The translations under genes were made by a program, and so were the position numbers. A stretch of DNA of 64,000 nucleotides, taken from Thalia democratica (taxonomy: Eukaryota). The stretch is from contig OZ241832.1 of assembly GCA_965202585.1 (NCBI GenBank), positions 58,032,001 to 58,096,000 on the forward strand, written 5' to 3'. The notes under the pieces were generated by a model. That model had not been told where the DNA came from. It saw nothing but the letters and a program-made list of their open reading frames with translations, and made no database searches. The first letter of the stretch is position 1, and every line of letters starts with the position of its first letter. Positions 62,066 through 64,000 of the stretch are shown one piece after another.

Positions 62066-63303
62066 CTCAAAATTTTGCCTTGGCGGATAATTAGTGACGT
62101 CGTTGGCGCTTCTTGAGAAATTACCACTATTCGTCTGTGACGTCATCATTAAGTTCATGGCGCTCTTTGGCCTCATTCTCTGATGATGCGGTTTCTGTGT
62201 CGTCACGAAAGCCGGAGTCTTCGATCTCATTATGACGTCATTGTTGCGATTCAGCGGCGGGATGACGTTTTTACGCCTCAAGTGCTCCAAAACCCGCCAC
62301 CTCCAATCGTCGGGGACTTTGTTAGGTTGCTTGGCAACGTTCAAAGGAGGCTTCTTATTGGTCGGTTTCGTTCCAGTCTGATGGTCGTACAAAACCGTCT
62401 TGCGTTCCTCGTCACCCCTGATCAAAAGGCTTCCCAGCTTCTCCCTCAAGTCCTTTTGTGACGTCATAACGCTCTCTTCGCTCGAGCTTCCCGACGCGAC
62501 CCGCAGCCGCTGACGTATCAGCTCGCTGACGTCGTTTCTTTGAGGCGACGCGTCGTTCCTTTCGACGGAGTTTCTCCTGTTCGGGGGAGGCGACGCCACG
62601 GAAGCTCGCTTCATCATTTTGTCAATCTTGCTCCGAAAGCTGCTTCTCCGCGACAAACTCGAATTCTGAAACAAATTTTCCTGCGACGCCACGACGCTCT
62701 CGTTTGAAACGCTTTTCTCCTCTTCGCGCTTGACGACGTCGCAGTCGTACAAGTTCTGGTCCGCTATGACGTCACCGGAATCCGACTTGCTGCACACGCC
62801 GCTGTCCTGGCAGTCCGATGACGTGGTGGTTACTTCGGAGTCCTTGGTGACGTCATAACCAGTGTAATTCAGTTCGGGTTGACTTTTGCTCGTCACGTCA
62901 TAATCAACAGTAAGCTGGTTCTTGTTTGTTACGTCATAATCGACAAGGAGCTGATTCTTGTTTGTTACGTCATAGGGCTCGAACTCGAGCAGCGAAGGAG
63001 TTTTGGCGACGTCATAACCAGTACTTTCGGAAATATTGGTTACGTCATCATCGGCTGAGTTTTCCGTGACGTCATTTAAATTGCCCACTTCAGAAAAATC
63101 AGTCACGTCACTTTTCGCCTCCGTTGAACTTTTTGTGACGTCATCGCTTTTAATTTGGGAGAAATCGCTTTTCAAGGGAGAAGTTTCGACCACTTTTAGA
63201 CTTGTGACGATTTCGTCGTTGGTATGTGACGTAATAGTTGCTGAGTAATCGTCTCTCAATGTGACGTCATAAACATCTGTGTCGTCCAAAATAAAGGAGC
63301 AGT
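62066..63303 (-). CDS. PDZ-domain protein, 1238-nt low-complexity exon rich in YDVT/DDVT/MTSQ
   Basis: 412-codon GC-rich open frame; tag / GAG|gtttgg, phase 1 to 0. Confidence 0.85.
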
Positions 63304-63435
63304 CTAAAAATTTGTTTAAAATATTTATTATGAAAGTAGTTAATAGATATCTTATTTACATTTGAACAGTTTTTGATAAAGATTTTAGCTTAATTTAAAT
63401 TTTAACTGCTCATTTAAACATTATATCTATATTAC

Positions 63436-63503
63436 CTTTAGAAGAAGTGTTATTTTCAGATTCAGAACCGACTACGATCGTGTCATTTTCATTGAAAGAA
63501 GAT
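63436..63503 (-). CDS. PDZ-domain protein exon (SSFNENDTIVVGSESENNTSSK)
   Basis: cag / G|gtaata, 68 nt, phases match both neighbours. Confidence 0.72.
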
Positions 63504-63720
63504 CTGTTGATTATAATTTTTAAAAATGTATATAAAAATAAGTTTTTAAGAAAGATATAACAATAAGTTCTACAAAAAAAAATCTGAGCATTATTTAAAA
63601 TTATACTTAAATAAAGTAAAAACCAATTACAGATGATCATTTTCTCAAAAACCTTATTATATTTTGTAATTTAACTATTAAAAACACTTTTAGCAACTAA
63701 GCAACAAATAAACAACTTAC

Positions 63721-63858
63721 TCATTTGTATTTTCAAGAAAACTTTCAGTAATTTCAACTGCTTCAATTACAGATTTACTTTCATTTTCATCTTTTTCTTC
63801 ACTTTTTTCATTTGTTACGTCACAATTATGAATCGTCTCAAGTTCCGGAGTCATTGTG
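63721..63858 (-). CDS. PDZ-domain protein, first exon visible in the window (TMTPELETIHNCDVTNEKSEEK...); 5' exons lie outside
   Basis: cag / GA|gtaagt, open frame, phase 2 to 2, acidic low complexity with the same DVT motif as downstream exons. Confidence 0.7.
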
Positions 63859-64000
63859 CTGTTTTATGAAGTAATAAATGAGTAAGAAAATTTTTATTAC
63901 GTTTTTGACGTAACGACTATTAAAACTTAATTTTTTACGCTTGCAGATTTTATCAAAATCAATTGAAAACAACAAAAAAAACTTTCACAAAAAAAACAAA

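Noticed and set aside
60821-63248. Plus-strand ORFs rich in VTS/DVI over the PDZ gene
   Set aside because: Produced by the palindromic TGACGTCA motif read on the opposite strand; short and without splice support.
890-63858. Non-canonical (non GT-AG) introns as in some tunicates
   Set aside because: Every junction I reconstructed closes in frame with GT-AG.

Overview
Very AT-rich animal (metazoan) genomic DNA with spliceosomal GT-AG introns and the standard genetic code; the species cannot be identified from the sequence. I reconstructed five protein-coding genes by hand. (1) Carboxypeptidase D (CPD/silver, M14B) on the minus strand: 15 phase-consistent exons from 26917 down to 890, with a signal peptide and two catalytic domains, continuing past the left edge. 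(2) A single-coding-exon, N-rich, tail-anchored 355-aa ORF (30963-32030, +). (3) RNA polymerase II elongation factor ELL (3 coding exons, 41912-45843, +). (4) A 143-aa probable paralog of gene 2 (52316-52747, -). (5) A long low-complexity protein ending in one PDZ domain (at least 7 exons, 63858 down to 58757, -, 5' end outside the window). Introns and intergenic DNA hold hAT-, Tc1/pogo- and possibly Kolobok-type MITEs, a decayed LINE, hairpins and many local tandem duplications. Two window-wide signals are not explained by this annotation. (A) Exon-edge 'echoes': at 12 boundaries of 11 of the 15 CPD exons, and at the ELL and PDZ-gene stop codons, the end of the coding sequence plus its splice site or stop codon is recopied into the flanking non-coding DNA. 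Some sites have many copies that decay with distance, and they differ from the exon mostly at synonymous positions. (B) The CRE palindrome TGACGTCA occurs 17 times inside the coding exons of CPD and the PDZ gene, shaping D-V-T and V/M-T-S peptides; I saw none in non-coding DNA or in ELL. In addition, 9 of 15 CPD donor sites are of an unusual GTTNGT class. All coordinates and counts were read by eye and should be confirmed computationally.
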